DNA of 64,000 nt from Azolla caroliniana (lineage: Eukaryota > Plantae > Polypodiophyta). Shown piece by piece: positions 38,101 through 49,859 of this stretch (positions within the stretch are counted from its first letter, which is position 1; each line of letters opens with the position of its first letter). The translations under genes and the position numbers were made by a program. The notes beneath the pieces are model-generated. The model was not told the DNA's origin, did no database searches, and was given only the letters and a program-made list of their open reading frames with translations. The DNA lies in NCBI GenBank assembly GCA_043228905.1, contig JBHGNT010000005.1, forward strand, positions 6,820,001 to 6,884,000. The letters are read 5' to 3'.

Positions 38101-40779
38101 ACCCCCAAGTCGGTAGTTCGGTGATGTCAGGTTGTCCTCCCCTATGGACTTTGTCGACTCGGTTGTGTTTCCTACTCACATCTTGTTGGCTTTGCCTGCT
38201 TTGACTCTTGTCGAATCGGCTCTGTCATTGATGGATCTGTCTTTGAGTTCGACTAATGGACTTCTTACCGATTCAGAGTCGGCAGGTATGTTGTCGGCTT
38301 GTTCGAGTTCGACAGTTTGTCGAATCTCTGAGTTGGCCTGGTGGGATACCTTTTTACCAATTGTTTTCTGCTGGTTCCACTGAGAGAAGATAGAGTCTTC
38401 ATTGAAGACTACGTCATTTCTTTGGATCAGTTTCCGGTTCTCAGGGACCCATAGCCTGTAGTTGAATTCCACATTGGTTCCATAACCGAGAAATATGCAT
38501 TTCGTTGCATGGGGTGCCAATTTTGTCCTTTTATCCCTAGGGATGAATGCGTAGGCTTCGCATCCGAATATGGCGCCTATCGTAAGTCGGTTGTTTGCCT
38601 GACCATAGTGCCTATGGCACTTTTAGCCTGATTGCTCTTGAGGACCCTAGATTTATCAGGTATATTGTCGTCTGCAATGCTTCTACCTAGAATTCCAGCT
38701 TCAGTCCGGCTTGCTTGAGCATTGTCGTCACCCTCTCCTAGATCTTTTCGTTGATCCGTTCGGCCACTCCATTTTTCATGGGTGTGTAGGGAACTGCCTT
38801 TTGATGTTAGATCCCTTTGTTGGACATGCACTGTTTGAAGGCTCTGTAGGTGTACTACCTCCATTTTCAAATCGGAGTGTCTTCACTCTGTATCCCAATC
38901 AGTTTTCCACTTCAAATATCCATCGAGTGAAGATCTCGAGCACTTTGTCTTTGGATTTGATGGAGTATGCCCAAACTTTCCGTGTACAATCGTCTACTAA
39001 TGTGATGAAGTACTAGGAGCCTCTTAGTGATCGTTCTGGCATGGGCCCACATATGTCTGTGTGCACGAGCTCTAGGGGTTGTCGTACCATCTCATAATGG
39101 AGAGAGTGCAGACTTCGGGTTTGTTTCCCATATTGACAGTGCTCAAAGAAGTCTGTCTTCGCTTGGAGTTTCAGGATGTAGCCAACCGATATCAGCCGAT
39201 CAAGTTCAGCTTGAGACATATGGCCGAGTCGGTCATGCCATAAGTTTGGGTCGGTCTTCTCGGCTACGTTCATGGCCCCATCTGGATTGATCGCCATCAT
39301 TGGATACAAGTTATTGTACTTGTGCTCGCCTCCTATCTTCAAGTTTCCTCGATTGATCATCCATACCGACTCACTTAGAGTTGTTTTGTACCCGTCTTCG
39401 GCTACCATGCTGATGGAGAGCATATTCCTTTTCAGATCAGGTACGTGCTGAACTCGGTGTAGGGTTATTGTGTTGCCGTTTGGCAATTGGATGGGAATTT
39501 CTCTGGTCCCTGCGATTCTGCACTCTTGCCCGTTGTCTAATCAGACAGTGCTGCTGGTGTCACCTGAATAGTTCGAGAACCATTCAATGTTCGGGGTCAC
39601 ATGGAATGTGGGACCGGAATCCAATAACCACGTGTGTGCATCCTGTGCACTGTAGAGGACTTCTCCGATCACTGAATCCTCTAAGGAGAGAATTTCTCAT
39701 GATCGGGTGTTGGCAACATTGATTTGGTTGCCTGTAGGAGAGTGGTTCGAGCCGGGTCGTCCTCAATTCCACTTGGATCGCCGACCACTCTCTTTTCTCT
39801 TGATTGACCAACAATCGGAAACATTGTGGCCAACTTTTCTGCAGTGTGTGCAGAATTCGCTTGATCGACCCGTTCTCGACTTTGACCGCTGTTGGCTTCC
39901 CCTCGATTTTGATCGGTTGGTATTCCGACCATAGTTCCTAATATTCGCGTACGTCCAATTTACTGGACGTACGCGAACGTTTGCAAACGTACGCGTATGA
40001 TACGCGATATTCGTTTGGCTTTTTTTTTCTTTTGACTTTTTTTTGGTTTTTTAAATTTTTGATATTCATAATATTTAGTGAATAGAAGTGACATCTGACA
40101 CACATACACACTCTCTCTCTCTCTCTCACACGAGAACTGACAGATTTTCTCTCTCTACAAAATCTAGATATCTAATATACATATTACATACTCCCTCACA
40201 CAGACAAAACCCATAGCTCCTCTCTCTCTCTAGAGTCTAGATATACACTCTGTCATGGCAAGACTTGAACCCATGACTTTATGCTACATGGGTCGAGCTC
40301 TTACCATTAGATTATGAATTGTATTTTGTAGGATATTATTTTCATTTATACTTTATCATAGAAAATTGATGTATATTCCAGATCTCTCTGGAACATTCTA
40401 GAAGCTTCAGGATTATTCCTAAAAACACTATAAAAGGAGGCACAAGGCATTGTTTTGAACCAAATTGGTTCAACGCCAGTCTTAAGCCTCTTAGCCGCTT
40501 GTACTTATCTTTTCACATAATATATAACCGCTGTCATCATCTCTCTCTCTCTCTCATTCTCACTATCTCTCTCTCATTCTCGCTATCTCTCTCTCTCTCC
40601 TCTTCTCACTTCCTCTCTCAGGAATCTTACGCAGTCCCGTCCTCTTAGTACTAATAGTACTGTTGTTCTTAGTACTAATTCCATCTCTGTTTTAGTACTA
40701 TTCCTGACAGTTTGAACCAATTTTCTTCCTCTAGCCTACTTGTCACTCTCCCTCATCCTCCTACCCTTTTCCCTATACT

Positions 40780-41937
40780 ATGGCTACTGTTAGCGCCCAA
40801 GAATACCAATCCGTTTTCTCCGAGCTACAGTGCCTAAAAGAAAAGTTTGTTGCCCTGGAACAAGAAAACCAACGGCTGATAGGGGATCTGCAACAAATCG
40901 CTCTGGAAAAACAACAAACGCAACAACAACCTGGGGAGTTAGCGTTACGGGTACAACAACTCGAAGCAGCGTTGCAACAACAAGGATCCAGTCCCCAAGG
41001 ATTTCATAAAGAGCCCAAGATTGGACTTCCTGTGAAATTTGATGGAACGCGTTCGCAATTCCGGGGATTCCTTAATCAAGTACGCTTAGTCATCCAGATG
41101 CATCCTTCCCGATATCCCACTGATGCATCTCGAGTCGGCCTAATAGGCACGCTACTTAGCGGCTCAGCCTTGGCATGGTTTGCTCCGCTTCTAGAAAAAC
41201 AATCACCCTTACTTAATAACTTTGAAGATTTTATTGGTGAGTTTAAAGCCTGCTTTGGAGACACCGACAACATCAGGACGGCGATCAACAAGATCCGGCG
41301 ATTGCGTCAAGGCGATCGTCCAGCCTCTGCCTACGCGGCGGATTTCCGCCTACTTGCTTCAGATATACCCTGGGATGATCAAGCACTAATGGAGCAGTTT
41401 CGCTATGGCTTGCGAAACGATGTCAAAGATCTACTTCTAACTTTCCCCGAAGAACCAAAGTCTCTTACGGAGGCAATCAGTCGAGCAGTTCGATGTGACA
41501 ACCGCCTTTTTGAACGGCGTTCAGAACGTCAATTACAGATACCACGCTCTAGGCCAGAGCCCACTTATGCCGCAGTCGCGGCTAAACTGTTTGCACGAGA
41601 CATACCTCAAGCAAATACTTCGACACCGATGGAGATCGATACCATGCGTCGACGTGGCCCGTTATCGGAAGAAGAAAAGCAACGACGACGTGCCAATCGA
41701 TTATGTCTTTATTGCGGTGGACCAGGACATATCGCCATCAATTGTCCCCATAGGCCAAGAAGACAGGTAAATCAAATCGTCGCCTGTACTAAACCCGAGT
41801 CAATTCTTCCCTTCGGAGTGTCTGATAGTATTAATAGTACTAATAGAGTGTCAGATAGTATTCATAGTACTAATAGCCCAAGTATCTCAAATAAATTTGA
41901 AATCCTTAGTCAATTAGATGAAGAGTTAAACGATTGA
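40780..41937 (+). CDS. gag: Gag (PEG10/Ty3-like capsid with CCHC knuckle)
   Basis: Intact 385-aa ORF: KFDGTRSQFRGFL, LRQGDRPASAYAADF, PMEID, CLYCGGPGHIAINCP. Confidence 0.95.
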   Translation: MATVSAQEYQSVFSELQCLKEKFVALEQENQRLIGDLQQIALEKQQTQQQPGELALRVQQLEAALQQQGSSPQGFHKEPKIGLPVKFDGTRSQFRGFLNQVRLVIQMHPSRYPTDASRVGLIGTLLSGSALAWFAPLLEKQSPLLNNFEDFIGEFKACFGDTDNIRTAINKIRRLRQGDRPASAYAADFRLLASDIPWDDQALMEQFRYGLRNDVKDLLLTFPEEPKSLTEAISRAVRCDNRLFERRSERQLQIPRSRPEPTYAAVAAKLFARDIPQANTSTPMEIDTMRRRGPLSEEEKQRRRANRLCLYCGGPGHIAINCPHRPRRQVNQIVACTKPESILPFGVSDSINSTNRVSDSIHSTNSPSISNKFEILSQLDEELND

Positions 41938-44900
41938 GTCTAGCCAAAATAGGAGCCATTTGGTTGGACAGCAACCCTAGATCTGTACAGCCCATTAGTG
42001 GTTCCATTCCTTCCAAGCAAGTTAGCAATGTGTTCCTAGCCCAAGTCATTGTTAGTACTAAAAGTACTCCCCCAGTACCCGTCCTAGCACTTTTAGATTC
42101 CGGAGCTAATTCCTATTTCATGGATCGAAATTTTGCCCAAGCTTCTCAGATATCCTTAAGAAAACTTCCTTGTCCCGCATCTGTAGTGGTCATTGATGGT
42201 CGTCCCATTGCTTCCGGGAATATTGTAGAAGAATCAGAACCCATTCAAGTTGTCCTAGGTAGTTTTGTGTGTATAATATCATTTAATATAATTAGTAGTC
42301 CAGAGCATCCCATTGTCCTAGGATTACCTTGGCTTGAATTACATAATCCAGCCATAGATTGGAGAACAAGAGAAGTCCGATATCGACCACCCCAAGAATC
42401 AACTCACCGAGTTTCGACCATTTCACTCCATCAACTACGCGAAGAAGGACCCAAGGAGGCAATGTTCCTATTTGCCATATCAGTACATCCTTCTAGCACT
42501 ATTAAGAAGGACTCCTCAATACAACTTCCGGCAAAATATCATCCTTATGCCGATGTATTTGACAAGGTAAAAGCCGGTACCCTTCCTCATCACCGTCCCT
42601 ATGACTGTCCCATCGATTTACAACCAGGAACCGAGCCACCATGGGGACCAATTTACAACTTGTCACCCACCGAGTTAGAAGTCCTTCGAGCCTACATAGA
42701 GGAGAACTTGGCAAGCGGGTTCATCCGTCATTCGAAATCTCCGGCCGGTGCACCCATCTTCTTTGTCAAGAAGAAAGATGGCTCACTTTGTCTTGTCGTT
42801 GATTACCGCGGATTGAATAAAGTCACCATCCGGAATAGGTATGCACTTCCTCTTATATCAAGTCTTTTAGAGCGAGTTAATGGTGCCAAGTTTTTTACTA
42901 AAATCGACCTACGAGGAGCGTATAATCTCGTGCGGATCCGACCAGGAGATGAGTGGAAGACCGCTTTTCGCACGCGGTATGGGCATTTCGAGTATACTGT
43001 TATGCCGTTTGGCCTAACCAATGCACCCGCAGTCTTCCAACACATGGCAAATGATATATTCAGAGACCTCTTGGATATCTGTTTGATCATTTATCTGGAT
43101 GATTTGTTGATTTATTCGAAGACCCAGGAAGAGCACGATTCTCATGTACTATTAGTACTAAAGCGACTCCGCGAGAATGGTCTTTATGCCAAGCTAGAGA
43201 AATGTAGCTTTGACTGCAAGCAAGTGGAATTTCTAGGCTACGTCATCTCCTCAAAGGGCATCGCCATGGATCCAGCTAAAATCCAAACTGTACTAGAGTG
43301 GCAAATTCCACGGTCGGTACGAGATGTACAATGTTTTCTAGGCTTTGCTAACTTCTACCGTAAGTTTATACAGGATTACTCGAAGATTATTTTACCTCTC
43401 ACACAACTTACGAAGAAGGGCCAAGCATTTCTTTGGTCCATCGAAGCAGATATGGCTTTTCGGCATCTTAAGAAAGCCTTTACATCAGCACCGATTCTAG
43501 CTCATGTGGATACAAGCAAACCATTCATCATGGAGGCCGACGCATCAGATTTCGCCCTCGGTAGCATCCTTTCTCAACAAGGCGATAAAGAAGAGTTGCA
43601 TCCGGTGGCTTTCCATTCGCGCAAATTCAATGTCGCAGAAATCAACTACGAAATACATGACAAGGAGTTATTAGCCATCGTGGATTCATTTGTACAATGG
43701 TGGCATTTCTTAGAGGGCTCTCCACATCAGGTCATTGTCTTTAGCGATCATAAAAATCTTGCTTATTTTCAGAACGCTCGCGTACTAAATCGATGACAAG
43801 CTCGGTGGGCGCAATTCCTCATGCGTTTCAACTTCAAAATCACATATCGACCGGGGAAGCAGCAAGGAAAAGCAGATGCACTATCACGGCGTTCATATCT
43901 TGCACCTCGTCCTGGTGACGCAACATTTGATAATCAAAAGCAAGTAATCTTGGGACCAACACGATTGCACACGACGCGGATTTTTCACACCCCGATGGAT
44001 TCACGGATTACCGATGACATACGTGCAACCTTGAAGACAGATAGTTTTGCTCAAGACATCCTGGCGCACATTGATACTTCTCGGGCATCCTGTTCTCAGT
44101 CTCAACAACCAGGTATTGCCTACCGACAATTCGAATATCATGATGGTTTGTTATTCTTTAAAAAGCGCGTATATGTCCCCGATTGCTCCTGTCGCCTTCA
44201 AATCGTCCAACATTGTCACGACACCCATACGGCGGGACATTTCGGTAGTACCAAGACGTTGGAGTTAGTGCAACGATCTTTTTGGTGGCCCCACATGCGC
44301 CGTTTTGTCGACGACTACGTTCGGACCTGTGATGCTTGCTGCCGAGCAAAGATGCCACGACACCATCCATATGGCTTGTTGGAACCTTTACCAATTCCAA
44401 GTAAGCCATGGCAGTCTATTTGTCTTGATTTTATCACAGATCTGCCGGTCTCGAAGGGGTTCGATGCTATCCTAACCGTCGTCGATCGATATACGAAGAT
44501 GGCACATTTTGTGCCATGTACTAAAGCCATCACTAGCGAGGAAACCGCCGCTCTTGTTATGCGTGAGGTAGTTCGGCATCATGGCCTACCAGACAGTATT
44601 ATCAGTGACCGAGGCCCGCAATTTGTCTCCAAATTTTGGCAGCATCTCTTCAGGATGCTCAAGGTCTCCTGCAACCTCTCCTCCGGCTACCATCCTCAAA
44701 CTGACGGACAGGCGGAACGAACAAACCAAACGTTGGAGCAATATCTCCGGTGTTTCCTGAGTTATCAACAGGACGATTGGGCTGAGATTCTCCACTTTGC
44801 GGAGTTTGCGTATAATAATGCTATTCACTCCTCGACTCGGGTCTCCCCATTTCTCGCTTATACCGGTTTCCATCCTCGCTGGTCGGTGATCGACACTCCG

Positions 44901-45506
44901 GAGCTACCTACCAACCCTCGTGCCGAGGACCATTTGGAGAGGCTACGCCAGATCCAGATGGATCTCTCTACTCACCTTCGTCATGCTCAACACACACAGA
45001 AGACTTATGCGGATCGTCATCGGATTCCCTCCTCTTTTGCCATCGGAGATCGAGTATGGCTCTTACGTTGTCACATCAAGACTACTCGACCGTGCGACAA
45101 GTTGGATTATCGACGACTCGGTCCTTTCCGTATTACGGGGAAAATTAATGATGTCACCTTCCGCCTGGATCTCCCTCCGCAGCTTCAGATACATCCAGTT
45201 TTCCATTGGTCTCTTCTTGAACCTTATAAAGCAAACACCATTCCCGATCGTGTGACACCACCGCCGCCCCCGCTGGAGTTGGACGCCGGCCCGGAGTATG
45301 AAGTTGCTGCCATCCTCGATTCCAAACTTGTTCGCAACAAACTTTATTACTTGGTCGATTGGCTCGGTTATAGTCCGAGCGAACGTACTTGGGAACCCGT
45401 CGAGAATGTTGCCAATGCACAAGATCTTCTTGCTGATTTCCACCGAAAGTATCCGGACAAACCCGGTCCGCAATTAGCGCCGACTCGTTCCACTCGTCGT
45501 CTTTAA
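41934..45506 (+). pseudogene. pol: Pol (protease, RT, RNaseH, integrase, chromodomain) with one in-frame nonsense codon at 43794-43796
   Basis: LLDSGA, YLDDLL, ADASDF, LNR*QARW (probable CGA>TGA), H-H-C-C zinc finger, HPQTDGQAER, GPF, and chromodomain EYEVAAIL...YLVDWLGY...TWEP. Confidence 0.95.
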
Positions 45507-48500
45507 GGGGGAGATAGTGTCATGGCAAGACTCGAACCCATGACTTTATGCTACATGGGTCGAGCTCTTACCATTAGATTATGAATTGTATTTTGTAGGA
45601 TATTATTTTCATTTATACTTTATCATAGAAAATTGATGTATATTCCAGATCTCTCTGGAACATTCTAGAAGCTTCAGGATTATTCCTAAAAACACTATAA
45701 AAGGAGGCACAAGGCATTGTTTTGAACCAAATTGGTTCAACGCCAGTCTTAAGCCTCTTAGCCGCTTGTACTTATCTTTTCACATAATATATAACCGCTG
45801 TCATCATCTCTCTCTCTCTCTCATTCTCACTATCTCTCTCTCATTCTCGCTATCTCTCTCTCTCTCCTCTTCTCACTTCCTCTCTCAGGAATCTTACGCA
45901 GTCCCGTCCTCTTAGTACTAATAGTACTGTTGTTCTTAGTACTAATTCCATCTCTGTTTTAGTACTATTCCTGACACACTCAATCACTGTCTCCTCACAC
46001 ATGCAAAACATGGCTTCTCTCTCTAGACCACACACGCTCTCTCTCTCTCTCTCCCCCTCACACACACACACACTATGTACACCATATACAACATATGTAT
46101 ATATAATATATCTATGTACCGCGTATGGATTTCAATCATACTTGGAGCCTTTTCACGTATGAGTATGATACGAATATTGGCGTTTGAGTATGACACGAAT
46201 GGGACGTATGGCTAGAACTATGATTCCGACCGGCTCTCTCAGCTTGTTCTCTCATTCGACTCTGGCGGTTGAACGACTCACTCGACGAGTGATGGGCTTC
46301 TATTGATTCATCTATGGTAAGTCCCATTGATTTTTGCTGAATGTCCTTTGTGAGGACTTGGCTGATCGTCTCATCCAGATTTATGATTAGTTGACTATTG
46401 GCGTATGTCGTACAAAATACGTCCTAACTCGCCGACAAGCTTGATAGGAGGGCAAGGGCTTTCACTTCTTCTTCGAAGTTGATCCCTTGTGAGGAGAGTT
46501 CTGACAACACCCGACTGAAGGTGTTGATGTGGGAGGTAGCCGGATCGGTCTCTCTCATTTTCATGTTGAACAATTATTTGATCAGAATCAGTTTTGAAGA
46601 TGAGGACTTCTTCTCATACACGGCTTGTAGTTTCTCCCATAGTGAGAACGTTGTCATCTTCTTCGCCATGTTAAAGTAGACGTTTTCGGCTAGGTGCATT
46701 CGAATGGTGGAGCGTGCTATTTCGTCCAATGATCTCCACTCATCGGCTGACATTGAAGCATGCTTTTCGGAGTGTCGAATGGCCTCAACTTGTCTTCGAA
46801 TAATCAGTACGTCCTGCATCATCTCCTTCCATAGGGAAAAGTTTTTGCCGTCGAATTTTTGGATCTCAACTCATGTATTGGATGTTGATGCCATGATTCT
46901 TTCGAAAGTGAGATTTACGAACTTGGTCTTTTCTTTTGGCCTTTTCTGTTGCCGCCGAGCAACAAATCGCTTTGATACCAGTTGAGGCGTCAGTGTATGT
47001 GGAAATGTATGACGATTTGTCTCAGTTCGTAATCAGAAAGACAACATAGAAAAGAGAAGCAAGGATATACACAAATTGAAGCTTTAATGGAAGCTCTATT
47101 ATGTTCTTTGTCTCTTGCTCTCTCAGAGACTCTATATCCGATATACGGTGAAGAAGATTATTCTTTATAATGTTAGGTTATTGCTTATATACTAAGCCCT
47201 AACTATGTGGACGAGCTCACACCAGTATACAAAGTGGAGGGAGTCGGCCTTTTATGCCAACAAAAATTACTACCAATTAAAGTTCGAGTTGGAATGTATG
47301 CCACCAATTTTGTTGGAGAAAAAAGCAGTAGAAGTCAAGGGAGGTTAGAGCTCTTTTCACAAGTGGAGTCACAATTTCTCCGCAAATCAGGTGCATCATG
47401 ATTTTGATTCATATCAAACATGTGTGGTTGTTTTTCCTAATTTACAAAAAGAATGGTTGCCTTCTATGCATGTGATTGCTAGCACTATTGGTATGGTTCT
47501 AGAAATTTATGATAGACCACGTTGGATCGAACATAAGTATCTAGGGGTTGCATCTGCTAAGCTTTTGATTTCTAAGTCTACAAGGTTGCCCTCAAACATT
47601 TTGTTGCCCAATCTACTTGACCCTCTACAGGCCCCTTATTCTCAGAAAATCTTGTATAGGGGTTTGCCGAACCAGTGTTTCCGTTGTTTTGGGTTTGGAC
47701 ATTTGGCAAAATATTGCCTGAAATTCAAGGAAGACATTAACAAACATACACCTAGCACAACTATAGTTCTATATCAGAATAGAGCGGAGGGTTGGACCAC
47801 AGTGGAGCATTAGAAGACATCTCCATGTGTATCTCTAAATAAACCTACACAAGTGCCAATCAACAATATGCAAGAATTCCCTCCATTGTAGAATACATAT
47901 AATGCTCTCCAAATGGGAGAGGAAAGTTCACAAGAGCTGAATAATGTGGGTCACTCATCATTCCACTCTCCTCAAAAACTCCAGTCAGATTCTTCGACAC
48001 AGAAGATAGTTCAAAATTCTATTTAGTTTGATACATCCTTTCCAAAGTTGGTGGTAGGACAACCACCAATAAAAATTGCTGAGAATCAACAAATTTTGGT
48101 CATGTCTACTAATTCGGATTTATCCAATAAGCTTAAAGGAAAAGTTGCCTCTAATCTACAAGTGTATTCGGATAAGTCTAAAGGACAACCAGGGGATATG
48201 GAAATGAGCCAAGAGCACATTCATGCTGGATTTCAATTTACAGTTACATAGGACCCTTTGACAATCCAATATTCTGAAAAGTTGGTCAAGGAATATAGGA
48301 TGCGTAAGTATGTAGGGAAGGATTTGCTCTTGAAAAGACAAATGAGAGCTCAGGAGGGTGCCAAGAAAGGACGCCAGGATGCTCTTCCTGAGAAAAGGAC
48401 ATCTCTAAACCCTATGTAATATGGATGGCCTACATTTTCTTTCCTGGAAAGTGCAAGGTCTGGGTGGTAAGGCTTTTCGTAGATTTAAAGGACTCATACG

Positions 48501-49745
48501 TTCAGATTTAGGTACTACTAATATTGGTACTATTTTTTTGCAAGAGCATCACCTGTGCAGGGATATGATTCAAAAGTATGGCTCCATTTTACCAGGACGG
48601 TGGACTCATTTTTGGGTTCCTGCCTTTGGTCCCAATGGCCGTCAGGCCGGATTATGTATAGCTCTTAGACAACACTTGCAATCTATTATCTCTTCAACAG
48701 GTATTGTTATGAATAAACGTGCACAATTTCTTAGCATAAAAATAGGGTCTTAGAAGGTTGGCCTAATGAATATCTATGCTCCTAACTCCTCATCAACGAG
48801 GGCGGGTTTGTGGCTGTCTCTTGCGGAATATGCGGGGTTAGCAGATTGTTGGTTAGTGGGAGGCGATTTTAATATGATCGAAGATGTTTCTGATAGAATA
48901 CGATGTACAACTACTACAGTTTCAGGTTGGGAAGCTTAGTGTTGGGACTCCTTTTGTTTTGCTTTTGGTCTGCTTGATTTATGGAAGGTGCAGTCTTCCT
49001 CACTTATACAAGGGTCCCTATAGTTTTCTACATTAGATGGGAGTGTGGTTAGTGCTACTTTGTCTCGGCTAGATAGATTTCATGCCAGCAATTCCTTTTG
49101 GGATGCGGGCAGATCCCCTGGCATTATTTCGAGATCAACGATATTTGACCATGACCCTTTGAAGTTAAATGTTACATTTGATAAGAAGCGATACTATAAG
49201 TAGTGGTGTATTCCTCCTTCCTTGCTATATGATGATAGTCATCGGATGTCAATTGTTCAGATATGGTCAAAATACAACTTGATAGATGATTGTTTGATTC
49301 TTCGTAAAATGGTTGATGCCATACTTGATACAAAGAATTTCTTTATGAATATAGTTTCAGCTTTGGTGTATCGCTACAATTCAAAAATTGCCAATTTGCG
49401 TCATGCTCTTGTAGCATTACAACTTCATCCATGCTACTTTCTGATTTGCAGCAGGTAAAAATAAGTTTAAAAGAAAAGCAACAGGCATGTTCAATGTTCC
49501 TCATTTATCACAATGTTGCTCGTTGGTCACAAAAGCAAGATCGAGTTAATAAGAAATTCTTCAATTAGTTCAAACGAAAATATAAACCTATCTCTATTAC
49601 CTCCTTGAAACAGCCTGATGGAACATATACATCAGATGACTCCGAGATGCGAGGTATAGTCTCAGATTACTATACTTCACAGTATTCTTAAACGTACTCT
49701 AAACGTAGAATACACGTTTTTTAACAACTATGGTGTATGTAAGAC

Positions 49746-49859
<114 letters not shown>

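Larger units (their letters stand above)
40251..45976 (+). mobile_element. Very young full-length Ty3/Gypsy chromovirus (Tcn1/Tf1-sushi-like)
   Basis: 459-bp LTRs (40251-40709, 45518-45976) with only one difference noticed by eye; TG...CA ends; 5-bp TSD CACTC; PPT AAGGGGGAGATAG; gag-PR-RT-RH-IN-chromodomain order. Confidence 0.98.
39930..46222. mobile_element. Non-autonomous hAT element inserted in the Copia gag, itself split by the chromovirus
   Basis: Termini CATAGTTC / GAACTATG. Perfect 8-bp TSD ATTCCGAC at 39922-39929 and 46223-46230. Subterminal CGTA/TACG motifs. Confidence 0.9.
35866..47262 (-). mobile_element. Full-length decayed Ty1/Copia element (hosts the hAT and chromovirus insertions)
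   Basis: 280-bp LTRs at 35866-36145 and 46983-47262. tRNA-iMet PBS TGGTATCAAAGC at 46969-46980 (minus). Near-TSD GAAAT/AAAAT. Gag KFDGKNFSLWKEMMQD, integrase HTDICGP, RT LEQLDVKTTFLHG...YVDDML, RNaseH SWRSKLQ. Confidence 0.95.
35250..49690 (+). mobile_element. Decayed L1-type LINE (ORF1 split by the Copia insertion; ORF2 endonuclease, 3'-truncated)
   Basis: ORF1 reads ...DVQILGRN (to 35865) and resumes YYQLKF...HKW after 47267; CCHC knuckle CFRCFGFGHLAKYC. ORF2 APE motifs LSWKVQGLG, IFLQEHH, NIYAPN, GGDFNM, SRLDRF, DHDP from 48421. Outer boundaries approximate. Confidence 0.85.

Noticed and set aside
40251-40320. Functional tRNA gene
   Set aside because: A/B boxes are present but the acceptor, anticodon and T stems do not pair; kept only as a tRNA-like module.
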